A DNA stretch of 64,000 nucleotides from Chitinophagales bacterium (GCA_041748615.1 JBGTCY010000015.1:9040-73039); one strand, 5' to 3'. Shown: positions 27,634 to 39,396, counted from the first letter of the stretch. Notes: generated from the sequence alone by a model not told the origin. Numbers and translations: made by a program.

Positions 27634-28316
27634 AAAAAATAAAATCAGGATATCTTTCCGGAGGAACGCTCATTGTTGCAAATCTGATTCCGCTCGGGGG
27701 CGTTTTGTTTTTCGGGTGGGAGCCGGTGTCCGTTTTTGTTTTTTACATCTTCGAAACCATTTTAGTCGGATTGTTCACTGTTTTGAAAATGCTGACCGTT
27801 TATTTTACCAACCGCGATGTGGCAATCCGAAGGGAACCTGATATAGACACCGCCAGCGCGTCAGGTTTCGTTTTGATTCCTTTTTTCCTGTTCCATTATT
27901 TTTTTTTCGTGTTTATTCAAACCGGAATTTTTTTTGCGCTAACAGGTTTTGTCATCAGGGATTTTAAAAGCCCGTTTCATCTGTTCAATAATTTAATGCA
28001 CTTTATTAGTGCTGAAACGAGCATTGCTTTGGCAGGATTAGTCATGAGCCAAGCGATTAGCTATGCGATGGATTTCATGTTATCCGGTGATTTTAAAACC
28101 ACCAGCCTGGCGCAACTCATGTCACAGCCCTACAGCCGTATTTTCATCCAGCAGTTTGCCGTCATCCTGGGTGGTTTTGTTTTTATTTTGTTCAATCTTT
28201 TTTTCCCCGAAATATTGTTCCTTGTATTTATTGTCATTTTCAGTCTTGTCAAAATTTACTTCGACTTTTATTACCCGAAAATGATGGAAGGGGGAGTGAG
28301 TTTCAGAAATAATTGA
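27630..28316 (+). CDS. Polytopic membrane protein (possibly DUF6498-like)
   Basis: About 6 hydrophobic helices. Its start overlaps the GT4 stop (ATGA). The family name is recalled from memory only. Confidence 0.6.
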   Translation: MKKIKSGYLSGGTLIVANLIPLGGVLFFGWEPVSVFVFYIFETILVGLFTVLKMLTVYFTNRDVAIRREPDIDTASASGFVLIPFFLFHYFFFVFIQTGIFFALTGFVIRDFKSPFHLFNNLMHFISAETSIALAGLVMSQAISYAMDFMLSGDFKTTSLAQLMSQPYSRIFIQQFAVILGGFVFILFNLFFPEILFLVFIVIFSLVKIYFDFYYPKMMEGGVSFRNN

Positions 28317-28355
28317 TGAAAACCCTGTTTTCAGTTTTTTTCTAATTTTAGAACC

Positions 28356-28907
28356 ATGAAAGAACAAATTGTCTATATTCCCCCTCCCCGCACTGCGATG
28401 GAAGTGTTTGAAATACTTCCCGAAGGCACTCTTTGCGAGGTGGTGGAAAATCAACTTTTTATGAGTCCAGCCCCAAATAGAAAACATCAGGAAATTTCGA
28501 TGTTCATTTCCAATGAAATCTATAATTATTTAAAGGAAAATGAAAAAGGCGCGGTTTATTCAGCCCCGATAGATGTTTTTCTGGAAGAAGACCGGAATGC
28601 CTTTCAGCCCGACATCATTTTTGTTTCCAATGAAAACGCGTCCATCCTGAGTGACAGGGGCATCGAAGGCGCGCCCGATTTGGTGATAGAAATTCTCAGC
28701 AAGGGCAACATCGAACATGACACCGTGAAGAAGAAAGCCGTTTATGAACGCTGTGGCGTGAAAGAATTGTGGTACGTTGACCCGATGAAGAAAAACACTT
28801 ATGGTTTTATTTTAGAAAAAGGGAAATACAAATCATTGGGCAAGGCTTCTAAAATCATCCGGTTTCATTCATTAAATTTAGAAGTGGATTTAAGCAAGAC
28901 TTTGTGA
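28356..28907 (+). CDS. Uma2 (DUF820) family restriction-endonuclease-fold protein
   Basis: Pattern ...E.....L.MSPAPN..H......I...L.......G.V...P.DV.L......QPDI.FV....... ...G.PDLVIEILS........D...K...Y...GV.E.W.VDP. Confidence 0.85.
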   Translation: MKEQIVYIPPPRTAMEVFEILPEGTLCEVVENQLFMSPAPNRKHQEISMFISNEIYNYLKENEKGAVYSAPIDVFLEEDRNAFQPDIIFVSNENASILSDRGIEGAPDLVIEILSKGNIEHDTVKKKAVYERCGVKELWYVDPMKKNTYGFILEKGKYKSLGKASKIIRFHSLNLEVDLSKTL

Positions 28908-28950
28908 TTTTTGATTGAAGGTGTCGGTTGATAATCCTTGTATTTCTGTT

Positions 28951-30438
28951 CTATATCTTAATCCCCCTCATAAAATCCACCGTCACCTGAATATCGTCAT
29001 ACAGGTATCGGTCTTTATCTAAGAAGGGGACCACCTTACGATATTGTGATTTAAAATTTTCTATCAGCGGGGAACTTTTCAGAGGTTTTCTTAAATCTAA
29101 TGCCTGCATCGCGGTCATGAATTCGATGGCAAGCACTTTTTCAATATTATAAACAATCTTATAGCATTTTACTGCCGCGTTAGCGCCCATGCTCACATGG
29201 TCTTCTTGTCCGTCAGAAGAAGTGATTGTGTCCACCGAGGCGGGGGTGGCTAATTGTTTGTTCATGCTCACGATGGATGCTGCGGTATATTGCGGAATCA
29301 TCAAGCCGGAATTCAAGCCTGAATTTTCAATGAGGAAAGGCGGCAATCCTCTTTTTCCGGAAACAAGTTGAAAAGTTCTGCGCTCGGAAATGCTGGCAAG
29401 TTCCGCCATGCCCATACCGAGATAATCTATTGCCAGCGCGAGCGGCTCGCCATGAAAATTACCGCCCGAAAGTATTTTATCTTCATCCGGAAAAATCAGC
29501 GGGTTGTCCGTCACGGAATTGATTTCGGTTTCAAATACTTGTTCGACATGTTCAATCACTCCGCGCACCGCGCCATGCACCTGCGGCACACATCGGAAAG
29601 AGTATGGGTCTTGAATATTATGTTTTTGCTGTTGTGAAATTTCACTGCCTTTCAAAAACTCCAAGACATTTTTTGCCGATTCGATTTGTCCTAAGTGCGG
29701 ACGCACTTTTTGGATGGAAACATGAAACGGAGCGTCCTGACAGTTGTAAGCATCAATGGAAATGGCGGCTGTGAGGTCGGCTAATAGCACAACGCGCTGC
29801 GACTCCAAGATTGACCAACACCCCCACGCGCTCATGAATTGTGTTCCGTTAATTAGCGCCAATCCTTCTTTCGCTTTCAGTTTGAGCGGCTGCACATTCG
29901 CTTGGTTCAAAGCTTCTTCAGCTTGCATGATTTTACTTTTGTAGTTCACACTGCCTTTGCCAATAAGCGGCAAACACAGATGCGCCAATGGCGCTAAGTC
30001 GCCCGAAGCGCCCAACGATCCGGTATCCCACACCACCGGTAAAATTTCATGATTAAAAAGTTCAATCAGTTTTTCTACCACTTCAACTCTCACTCCTGAA
30101 TTGCCATAAGCCAATCCTTTCATCTTTAAAATAAGCATCAGTTTCACAACTACAGGCATCACTTCCGTCCCCATTCCGCAGGCATGTGAAAGCAATAGAT
30201 TTTCCTGCAACTGCTCTAACTGTTCATCCGGGATTTCGACATCGCACAACGAGCCGAAACCGGTGTTGATGCCATAGTATCGCATTCCCGGTTCAGCGAT
30301 TTTTCTTTCAAGATATTCGCGACAGGTTTGTATTTTTTGTTTGGCTTCGACAGACAATTCCAAATGAAAATTTTCATTGAGAACGGTGCGCAGTTCTTCA
30401 ACTTTAAGGCGAGTTATGGTGATAGGGTAGGTTTTCAT
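28951..30438 (-). CDS. hutH: Histidine ammonia-lyase (MIO-dependent aromatic amino acid lyase family)
   Basis: 495 aa. MIO-forming triad in GSLGASGDLAPLAHL. The Ser-His pair in NLLLSHACGMG sits at the position that is SH in histidine ammonia-lyases, HL in tyrosine ammonia-lyases and FL in phenylalanine ammonia-lyases. Confidence 0.85.
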   Translation of the reverse strand: MKTYPITITRLKVEELRTVLNENFHLELSVEAKQKIQTCREYLERKIAEPGMRYYGINTGFGSLCDVEIPDEQLEQLQENLLLSHACGMGTEVMPVVVKLMLILKMKGLAYGNSGVRVEVVEKLIELFNHEILPVVWDTGSLGASGDLAPLAHLCLPLIGKGSVNYKSKIMQAEEALNQANVQPLKLKAKEGLALINGTQFMSAWGCWSILESQRVVLLADLTAAISIDAYNCQDAPFHVSIQKVRPHLGQIESAKNVLEFLKGSEISQQQKHNIQDPYSFRCVPQVHGAVRGVIEHVEQVFETEINSVTDNPLIFPDEDKILSGGNFHGEPLALAIDYLGMGMAELASISERRTFQLVSGKRGLPPFLIENSGLNSGLMIPQYTAASIVSMNKQLATPASVDTITSSDGQEDHVSMGANAAVKCYKIVYNIEKVLAIEFMTAMQALDLRKPLKSSPLIENFKSQYRKVVPFLDKDRYLYDDIQVTVDFMRGIKI

Positions 30439-30788
30439 TCGGATTTAAAAATACAGTTTAGGATGATATAACGCCCGAAAAATCCTCCTCATGACAGACT
30501 ATAAGAATTTTAATTAGTTGAATGTGAAATATATTATTGTGAAAGCTATCAATTAATATTAAAATTTACACATTCCTTAAACACGCATTAAATTCTTTAA
30601 AAATCGTTTACCATGAAAAAAGCTATTCTCTGGATCTTGATTGGTCTGATAGTGTTAATCGTAATATAATTAATATATATGAATGCAATTCTCACCTTAA
30701 AATCATACAGATTTGAAATTCGCCCGAAAAAAAACTGCATAAATCAGTGGAAAATTATTCATCGCCCGGAGGTAACGAACTCACATCG

Positions 30789-30880
30789 CGCAACGCTGCT
30801 AATCAAAGAAAGGCATAGTCGTACGAAGCAAGCGCCACCATGTTGGTCAATAGTCAAATAGTCTATTGTCAATGGTCAAC
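30789..30880. repeat. Interspersed repeat family R4, copy 1
   Basis: The core TCAAAGAAAGGCATAGTCGTACGAAGCAAGCGC (30803-30835) matches 53680-53712 at about 30/33 positions. Flanking similarity extends both ways. Confidence 0.8.
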
Positions 30881-30890
30881 AGCGCTTTGA

Positions 30891-32527
<1,637 letters not shown>

Positions 32528-32557
32528 ATAAAAAATGCAATTGCAATTTTCCAAAAA

Positions 32558-32926
32558 CTACCTCAACGTATCCACCGCGAATGAAACGCCATTGACAGGA
32601 CAATAAGTAGTTCTGTCTTTGCGCAGCGAATCATTTACATGGATTTTGACATTGACGCTTTGATGAAAAGTGGAAGTGTTGTAGGCAAGTAAAAGAATTT
32701 TCTGCCCTTTCTGTCCATAAAAACTATACGTCCACTCACTGTTTTGTTGATGCTCGGTGATTTGTGTTCCTGCGGTATCTGAAATGTAAACTACCATACA
32801 ATTGGTGCAGCCGATATGGTATTTTACATGATAAGATGCTTTCTCCTGTTCCTCTTTTTGGCAAGCCAACAGGCAGCAAGCCAAAAATAATATCGTCAGA
32901 TTTATTTGTAAAATTTTCAACGGCAT
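32558..32926 (-). CDS. Hypothetical lipoprotein
   Basis: Signal peptide with lipobox (LLAC-Q). 122 aa. No family recognised. Confidence 0.55.
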   Translation of the reverse strand: MPLKILQINLTILFLACCLLACQKEEQEKASYHVKYHIGCTNCMVVYISDTAGTQITEHQQNSEWTYSFYGQKGQKILLLAYNTSTFHQSVNVKIHVNDSLRKDRTTYCPVNGVSFAVDTLR

Positions 32927-33124
32927 GAGTTTATTTTCAGATTAAAAGTAATGTTTTTTAATATAACTCTCTGTCAAAAAAATGATTTCAAAAATTTATG
33001 AATCATTGAAACCGTTTTAAAATCTACTTTTTTTAATAATCTTGTTGTTCATAAACATTGAAAATACAAGGGAACTTTATAACTTTAGTCCCCGGGAGCA
33101 TTGGAACCAAATGCGATTAAATTT

Positions 33125-34150
33125 ATGAAATTCAGAATCACGCTTTTTGTATCGCTGATTTTTGCAATCACGGCAACTTACGGTCAGGACATTCACTTTT
33201 CGCAATATTATGCTTCACCACTCACGCTCAACCCCGCGATGACCGGAGGTTTCAACGGAAAAGTGAGAGCGGTGGCAAACTACCGCAATCAATGGTTCAG
33301 TTTTTTAAAATCGGCTTCTTACACCACGTATTCCGGTTCGGTGGACGCGCCTATTCTTCGTAACAAACTGAGGTATGACCGGCTGGGAATCGGGATGATG
33401 GTGTTTAATGACAGGGCGGGAGCCGGGGCATTGTCCAATTTCACCGCGATGGTGGGTGCGTCATATCACAAAGTGCTGGATGAACAAAACCGTTACAGTC
33501 TTGCCTTAGGCGCGCATTTCGGCATCACACAACGCAGGATTGATTTCACAAAACTGACATTCGAATCTCAGTTTGACCCTGACTTGGGATTTGTATTGCC
33601 CAATCAGGAAAATGTGGACCGTTCATCTTTCATTTATCCTGATTTCACAATCGGCTTGTTGTTCAGGGGAAGATTTACCAATACCATCAACGGATATATA
33701 GGCGGTTCGATGTTTCACCTGCATAAACCGAAAGAATATTTTCTTTCTCAAAACGGGGAAGTTAATCGCCTGAGTCCGCGTTTTTTAGCGCATGGCGGAG
33801 TGGATTTTGAAGTAGGCGAACATGTTTCCCTGACTCCGGGTTTCATGTATTTGGTACAAAACACCGCTTCTGAAATCACAGCCGGGATGGCTTTTGGTTA
33901 TAAGCTGAATGAATTTAATACATTCTATTTGGGTGCGTGGTATCGAATTTTTGATAATGACGCTTTTATCGCCATGGTGGCTTATGAATATGACGGCATC
34001 AGAGTAGGCTTAAGTTATGACATCAATGTTTCTGACCTGAGAGTTGCCAGCAGCAACCAGGGAGCGGTTGAACTTTCCGTTATTTACATCTACGGCAAAG
34101 AGAAAGAACAGCGGCTGATGTCTCCCGTGAATTTCTGCCCGAAGTTTTAG
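33125..34150 (+). CDS. PorP/SprF family type IX secretion system membrane protein (third copy)
   Basis: MKFRITLFVSLIFAITATYGQDIHFSQYYASPLTLNPAMTG...YRNQW, ending ...SNQGAVELSVIY...CPKF. The ATG at 33125 is preferred. Confidence 0.88.
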   Translation: MKFRITLFVSLIFAITATYGQDIHFSQYYASPLTLNPAMTGGFNGKVRAVANYRNQWFSFLKSASYTTYSGSVDAPILRNKLRYDRLGIGMMVFNDRAGAGALSNFTAMVGASYHKVLDEQNRYSLALGAHFGITQRRIDFTKLTFESQFDPDLGFVLPNQENVDRSSFIYPDFTIGLLFRGRFTNTINGYIGGSMFHLHKPKEYFLSQNGEVNRLSPRFLAHGGVDFEVGEHVSLTPGFMYLVQNTASEITAGMAFGYKLNEFNTFYLGAWYRIFDNDAFIAMVAYEYDGIRVGLSYDINVSDLRVASSNQGAVELSVIYIYGKEKEQRLMSPVNFCPKF

Positions 34151-34282
34151 GTTTATCCTCACAACTTCAGGAGGCTTTATTCTGTTTTCTTTTCTCTGAT
34201 TTAGTTGAATTAGCTTCCCCAAAAACCTATTTTGGCTAAATTCGTTATCCTTACTATTCAACTTTTAATCAGACATACAGCT

Positions 34283-37200
34283 ATGATGAGTTTTTTTTCC
34301 GGGAAAATTTTTTTACCCCTTGTTCTGATTTTATTGATTTTACTTGGGAAAGAAGTTTCCGCAACACATGCCGTAGGGATTGACCTGAGTTATGAATGTC
34401 TTGGTGGAAATCAATATCGTTTCACGTTGAATTTTTATCGTGATTGTGTGGGAGTGAGCGCTCCCACTTCAGCAGGTATCAACTTATTTTCAGCCTCCTG
34501 TAATGTCAACACGACCATCAATCTTTCCCGAATCAGTTTTACTGAAATTTCTCCGATTTGTCCAGCTCAGTTCCCCCAAAGTTCCTGCAGCGGTGGTTCG
34601 TTGCCCGGTATTCAGCAATATATTTATTCCAGTGTTTATACCTTACCCCAGGAATGCAATGATTGGATAATTAGTTACACTTTGTGTTGCCGGAATTATG
34701 CCATCACCAACCTTTCAAGTCCGGGCAATCAGAATATTTATGTTGAAGCCGGAATAAATAATACCAATGGCTTGTGCAATAATTCACCGGTGTTTACCAC
34801 CTTGCCGGTTCCTTATTTTTGCGCCAATCAAGATTTTAATTACAATCATGGCGCGGTGGATATTGATGGCGACTCATTGGTTTACTCTTTAATTCAGCCA
34901 CGGACCAACCGTACCACTTTTATTCCTTATGTATCGGGATTTACACCCACCAATCCCTTGCTGACCAATTCCGGTTTCGGCTTTGATACACAAACCGGAC
35001 AGATGACGTTCAACGCACGAAATAATCAGCAGGCTGTGGTAACCGTCAGAGTTGAAGAATACCGCAACGGAGTGTTAATTGGATACACAATTCGTGATTT
35101 GCAATTGGTAGTGCTGCCTTGCACAAATATTTTACCAACCGCCTCAGGCATCAATGGCACTACGAATTATTCCATTAACATTTGCGCGGGATTTCCCTTG
35201 TGTTTTGATATTAACACCATAGACCCCGATGCCGGTCAGACTACCACACTCACCTACAATGGCGGCATTCAGGGCGCATCATTTAATATTTCCGGCTCAC
35301 CTTTTCAAAACGGAACATTTTGCTGGACGCCCACTCCCAATGATATCGGTTCTCATAATTTTTCCATTACTGTGGTGGATGATGCTTGCCCGATAGTTGG
35401 CAGAAATGCTTACACCTACACCATCAATGTCACGCCAAATCCTAATCCTCCCATCAATGTTGGTCCTGACTTAGATATCTGCGAAGGAGGTTGTGTTCAG
35501 TTAGATGAACTCAATCGCCCTGCCGGAGTCGTGTATTCGTGGTCGCCTGCTTCCGGACTTTCCAATTCGAACATTCCGAATCCGACAGCTTGTCCGCAGG
35601 TGACAACTGTATATACACTTTCCGCAACGTATCCTGACGCTTGTGCTGCCGCAGACCAGGTTAGGGTGACCGTTCGTCCATCCTCTCCTGTTTCGATATT
35701 CCCGAAAACCGCGGTGGTGTGTGCCGGAGCCTCCATTCAATTGACTGCAACCACTGACCCCGGTGTTAATTTGCTTTGGAGCAACGGAGCTACAACCACT
35801 TCTACCGTTGTCACACCAACCGCAACAGGAATCTACACGGTACAATCCACCAACCAGTATGGATGTACGGAAAGTGACACCGCTTTTATCACATACAGCC
35901 CGCCTCCTCCACCACAGGTTTGTAACAATATTTATGTAACACCTAACGGCAGCGGAGGAGGATTATCGCCCAATGATCCCACGGATATTGTTACCGCGGT
36001 TTCATTGGCGCAATGCAATAATCTGACGATTAAAATGGCAATCGGCACTTACACGATTGATGAACCATTGACGATTTCAAGTTTACTGACGATTGAAGGC
36101 GGATTTGAACCCGCGAATAACTGGCGGAAATCCAGTCAGCCCGGGGCGACAACGATTTTCAGAAGCAACCTCAATCCTGAAGGACCACCGAATGCGCAAC
36201 GCATCGTAGCGTTGTATGCCAACGGAGCAATTTTCTGGCGATTGCAGGATTTGACCATTACAACGGCTGACGGCACACCCACCGGTCAGGAGGGGATGTC
36301 CACGTATGGATTGCATTTAACCGCATGTTCGGATTATGAAATCGTTCGCTGTCAAATCACAGCAGGCAACGCTTCAGCCGGTGAGAATGGCGCAGCGCCA
36401 CCCGGAATCGGAGGCGCGGCAGGCGGAGGCAATGGCGGCAATGGTGGAACAGGTGCAAACGGTTGCGGCAATCCAGGACCGGGCGGCAATGGAGGTGCAG
36501 GAAATGGAGGTGCAGGAGGGGGCACCGGTACAGACACCGGCAGCGGTGGATTTTGCTGTGGAAGTTCACGCCCGCCAAGCGGAACTCCCGGACAAAACGG
36601 AGGCAACGGGACAAGTTATAATCCCGGTGATATTCCGGCTATACCTCAACCATCATCCGGTTTTTTCACCCCAACGGCACAAAGCGACAACGGAGGTTCA
36701 GGATTTGGCGGTGGGGGGGGTGGTGGTGGCGGTGGTTCGCGAGGGGGTACATGTGTCTGTATTGATTGTGCCGGAAACACCGGTGGAGCGGGCGGTAATG
36801 GCGGTGGCGGTGGATTAGGCGGTGGTGGCGGTTTTGGTGGTGGAGCCTCTTTTGGCGTTTACCTGTTTGGCGGCACCTCCGGAAATTTTACAGATGTAGT
36901 CATCAACTCAGGAACTGCCGGAAACGGAGGCATCGGTGGAGCGGGACAACCCGGTGCACCCGGACAACCCGGTGCAACAGGCGCAAATACCGGTGCCTGT
37001 GTGTGCGGTAATCCTCAAGGCGCTGATGGCGGTAATGGCGGTGCAGGTGGTAATGGCGGGCGCGGGCGCGATGGCGCTCCGGGTATCAATGGGGATATTT
37101 TTTCTGAAGGAGGAACAGCTTCTATTCTCAATGGAGGTGTTCCGCAAAACATTACTCCGGGTGCAGGAAGTGTCAATGACTTCAACTTCGCGGCACAGCC

Positions 37201-39379
37201 TGTTATTTTCGCTGAAAATATTTCCTGCGCCAACCGCCCGATGGAATTTTCCGCTGCCGCTTCCGGCAATTGGAATTTCGGAACCAATTCAACTCCTCAA
37301 ACTCCGACCGGTGCGAATGTTACAACAGCGTTTGCTACGGTTGGCAGAAAAAATATTATTTACAGCAATCAAACGTATTCAGGATTTGTTCGCATCGCGA
37401 TTGATAACGGCACCTATCTTCCTGAAATTCTCAGCACCGCGCGGTTGATTGCACCGCGCACTTATTTCCTTTGCTCAGGCAGTATCGCGGATTTCACTTC
37501 GCCCACTCCCGGTATCAATTATGCCTGGGATTTTGGCGGAGCATTAAATCCAAATACTTACAGCACCCAAAATGTGATTGGACAGACCTTCAATACGGTC
37601 GGCACTTTCATTATCAAACTGGAAGTTGAGACAGATTGCTGCGGATGGACATTGCCTGACTCGGTTACTTTGGTTGTAGAAGAAGGCGCGACCGTCAACT
37701 TCTCAGGTGACCTTGATTTATGCCCGGGAGAATCTACTGTTATCACATTGAGCGGAGCAAGCAGTTTTAATGTAATTCCCGGTATCGGAACATTGCAGGG
37801 ACCTCAAACAAGTTTCACAATAAGTCCTTTAGCAACTACTGACTTTCTGATAACCGGATTAAGTCCGTCTGGTGTCTGTTCTACCCTCGCGCCACTGACA
37901 GTGAATGTTTATTCAATCCCTTCTATTACAATGAGCGCTATTCCCGCTGTTTGCAGCAATGAAGGCAGTGCTACCGCTACGGTCACCGGAGGCAGCGGCA
38001 GTTATGGCTATTTATGGAATGACCAAAATGCGCAACAAACTCAGACTGCATCTAATCTTTACCCAGGAAATTACATTGTTACAGTAAGCGACCTTGTTTC
38101 AGGTTGTGAAAATATCGGGTATGTTTTTGTTTCCACCGGTGGTCCGATGGTTTACATTCAAAATACTACCAACGTATCTTGTTATGGGGGTAATGAAGGC
38201 ACAGCCGGAGCAGCGGGAACAGGAGGGGTGCCTCCTTATACTTTCGCATGGGACAATGGATTGCAGGGCGCAAATGTTACAGGTCTTGCCGCGGGTGAAT
38301 ATGTGGTTACTGTGACGGATAATGCAGGCTGCACTTCGATTGCCACCGCTTTTATCAATCAGCCGGACTCGATGGTTGTAGATATCTTTCCAATTGGCGC
38401 ATCACTTTGTTTTGGAGTAACGGATGGCAGTTTGTTCGCGCAGGCGGATGCCGGAAATGGCAACTATACTTACCAATGGTATTTTGACGCGAATTTCACT
38501 TCTCCTGTTCCCGGAGCGACCGACACCGCCCGTAATCTTTCTACCGGAATGTATTACGTCAGAGCGATTGACCAGCTTGGGTGCATTGCTGAAAATTCTT
38601 TCGAAATTGGGGGAGCAGGACAACCGTATGTGCTGGATGAAATCACCGTCAACCCTTCCTGCTTTGGCGGCAGCAACGGGCAAATCACGCTGATTGTTTC
38701 AGGCGCTGCCGGTGGCTATTCTTATCAATGGAGTAATTCACTGTCTGACAGCATTGCCAGCGGACTCACCGCGGGTGATTATCTGATTACGATTACAGAT
38801 GTGGATGGATGCGACACGGTGATGAATATTACTTTGAACAATCCTCCTGCCGCTACAGTGGAAGTTATTCCTTCAGACACGACCATCATGTTTGGCAATA
38901 GTGTTCAGTTGACTTCCATTTATCAAAATGATAATCCGGGAACGGGTACGCCAGAATATGGATGGACGCCAGTCACCGCGCTCAGTTGCACGAATTGTCC
39001 GAACCCTATTGCCAGCCCGGAAGAAACGATTACCTATACATTAGTTGTCACTGATGCGAACGGATGTCTTGCGCAAAACACAGCGATTGTGAAATTGGAT
39101 TATGAAGTCGGACTTTGGGTGCCAAACGCGTTCTCACCCAATGAAGACGGAGTGAATGACGTGTTTTTTGTTTATGGCACCGGCATCACACGGCTGAACT
39201 TCAAAATTTTCGACCGCTGGGGCGAAAAGATTTTTGAGAGTAACAATATCAACACCGGATGGGATGGCACCTATAAGGGTAAATTAATGCTGCCGGGCGT
39301 GTATGTCTATTATGTGGAAGCCTTCTTCATGGACAATTCACGCAAAGCGCTGAAAGGCAGCGTAACGCTGATTCGCTGA
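34283..39379 (+). CDS. Giant cell-surface adhesin, T9SS type-B C-terminal sorting domain protein (paralogue of 10817-16228)
   Basis: Signal peptide from the ATG at 34283 and the same Cys-rich N-terminal domain as adhesin 1. A beta-helix-like segment (IYVTPNGSGGG...) is followed by a ~250-aa Gly-rich tract. SprB-type repeats lie at roughly 37930-38910. The type-B CTD reads WVPNAFSPNEDGVNDVFFVYG...FKIFDRWGEKIFES...GWDGTYKGK...GVYVYYVEA. Confidence 0.9.
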   Translation: MMSFFSGKIFLPLVLILLILLGKEVSATHAVGIDLSYECLGGNQYRFTLNFYRDCVGVSAPTSAGINLFSASCNVNTTINLSRISFTEISPICPAQFPQSSCSGGSLPGIQQYIYSSVYTLPQECNDWIISYTLCCRNYAITNLSSPGNQNIYVEAGINNTNGLCNNSPVFTTLPVPYFCANQDFNYNHGAVDIDGDSLVYSLIQPRTNRTTFIPYVSGFTPTNPLLTNSGFGFDTQTGQMTFNARNNQQAVVTVRVEEYRNGVLIGYTIRDLQLVVLPCTNILPTASGINGTTNYSINICAGFPLCFDINTIDPDAGQTTTLTYNGGIQGASFNISGSPFQNGTFCWTPTPNDIGSHNFSITVVDDACPIVGRNAYTYTINVTPNPNPPINVGPDLDICEGGCVQLDELNRPAGVVYSWSPASGLSNSNIPNPTACPQVTTVYTLSATYPDACAAADQVRVTVRPSSPVSIFPKTAVVCAGASIQLTATTDPGVNLLWSNGATTTSTVVTPTATGIYTVQSTNQYGCTESDTAFITYSPPPPPQVCNNIYVTPNGSGGGLSPNDPTDIVTAVSLAQCNNLTIKMAIGTYTIDEPLTISSLLTIEGGFEPANNWRKSSQPGATTIFRSNLNPEGPPNAQRIVALYANGAIFWRLQDLTITTADGTPTGQEGMSTYGLHLTACSDYEIVRCQITAGNASAGENGAAPPGIGGAAGGGNGGNGGTGANGCGNPGPGGNGGAGNGGAGGGTGTDTGSGGFCCGSSRPPSGTPGQNGGNGTSYNPGDIPAIPQPSSGFFTPTAQSDNGGSGFGGGGGGGGGGSRGGTCVCIDCAGNTGGAGGNGGGGGLGGGGGFGGGASFGVYLFGGTSGNFTDVVINSGTAGNGGIGGAGQPGAPGQPGATGANTGACVCGNPQGADGGNGGAGGNGGRGRDGAPGINGDIFSEGGTASILNGGVPQNITPGAGSVNDFNFAAQPVIFAENISCANRPMEFSAAASGNWNFGTNSTPQTPTGANVTTAFATVGRKNIIYSNQTYSGFVRIAIDNGTYLPEILSTARLIAPRTYFLCSGSIADFTSPTPGINYAWDFGGALNPNTYSTQNVIGQTFNTVGTFIIKLEVETDCCGWTLPDSVTLVVEEGATVNFSGDLDLCPGESTVITLSGASSFNVIPGIGTLQGPQTSFTISPLATTDFLITGLSPSGVCSTLAPLTVNVYSIPSITMSAIPAVCSNEGSATATVTGGSGSYGYLWNDQNAQQTQTASNLYPGNYIVTVSDLVSGCENIGYVFVSTGGPMVYIQNTTNVSCYGGNEGTAGAAGTGGVPPYTFAWDNGLQGANVTGLAAGEYVVTVTDNAGCTSIATAFINQPDSMVVDIFPIGASLCFGVTDGSLFAQADAGNGNYTYQWYFDANFTSPVPGATDTARNLSTGMYYVRAIDQLGCIAENSFEIGGAGQPYVLDEITVNPSCFGGSNGQITLIVSGAAGGYSYQWSNSLSDSIASGLTAGDYLITITDVDGCDTVMNITLNNPPAATVEVIPSDTTIMFGNSVQLTSIYQNDNPGTGTPEYGWTPVTALSCTNCPNPIASPEETITYTLVVTDANGCLAQNTAIVKLDYEVGLWVPNAFSPNEDGVNDVFFVYGTGITRLNFKIFDRWGEKIFESNNINTGWDGTYKGKLMLPGVYVYYVEAFFMDNSRKALKGSVTLIR

Positions 39380-39396
39380 TAAGTAAAGATTCAATC

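Noticed and set aside
35497-37448. Overlapping ORFs within the adhesin 2 gene (36336-36818, 36352-36606, 36357-36614, 36908-37147, 36936-37448, 37015-37287 and others).
   Set aside because: These are alternative-frame translations of the GC-rich glycine tract (GGN repeats read as Pro/Ala/Arg/Val runs). The long in-frame adhesin with a signal peptide and T9SS CTD explains the region.
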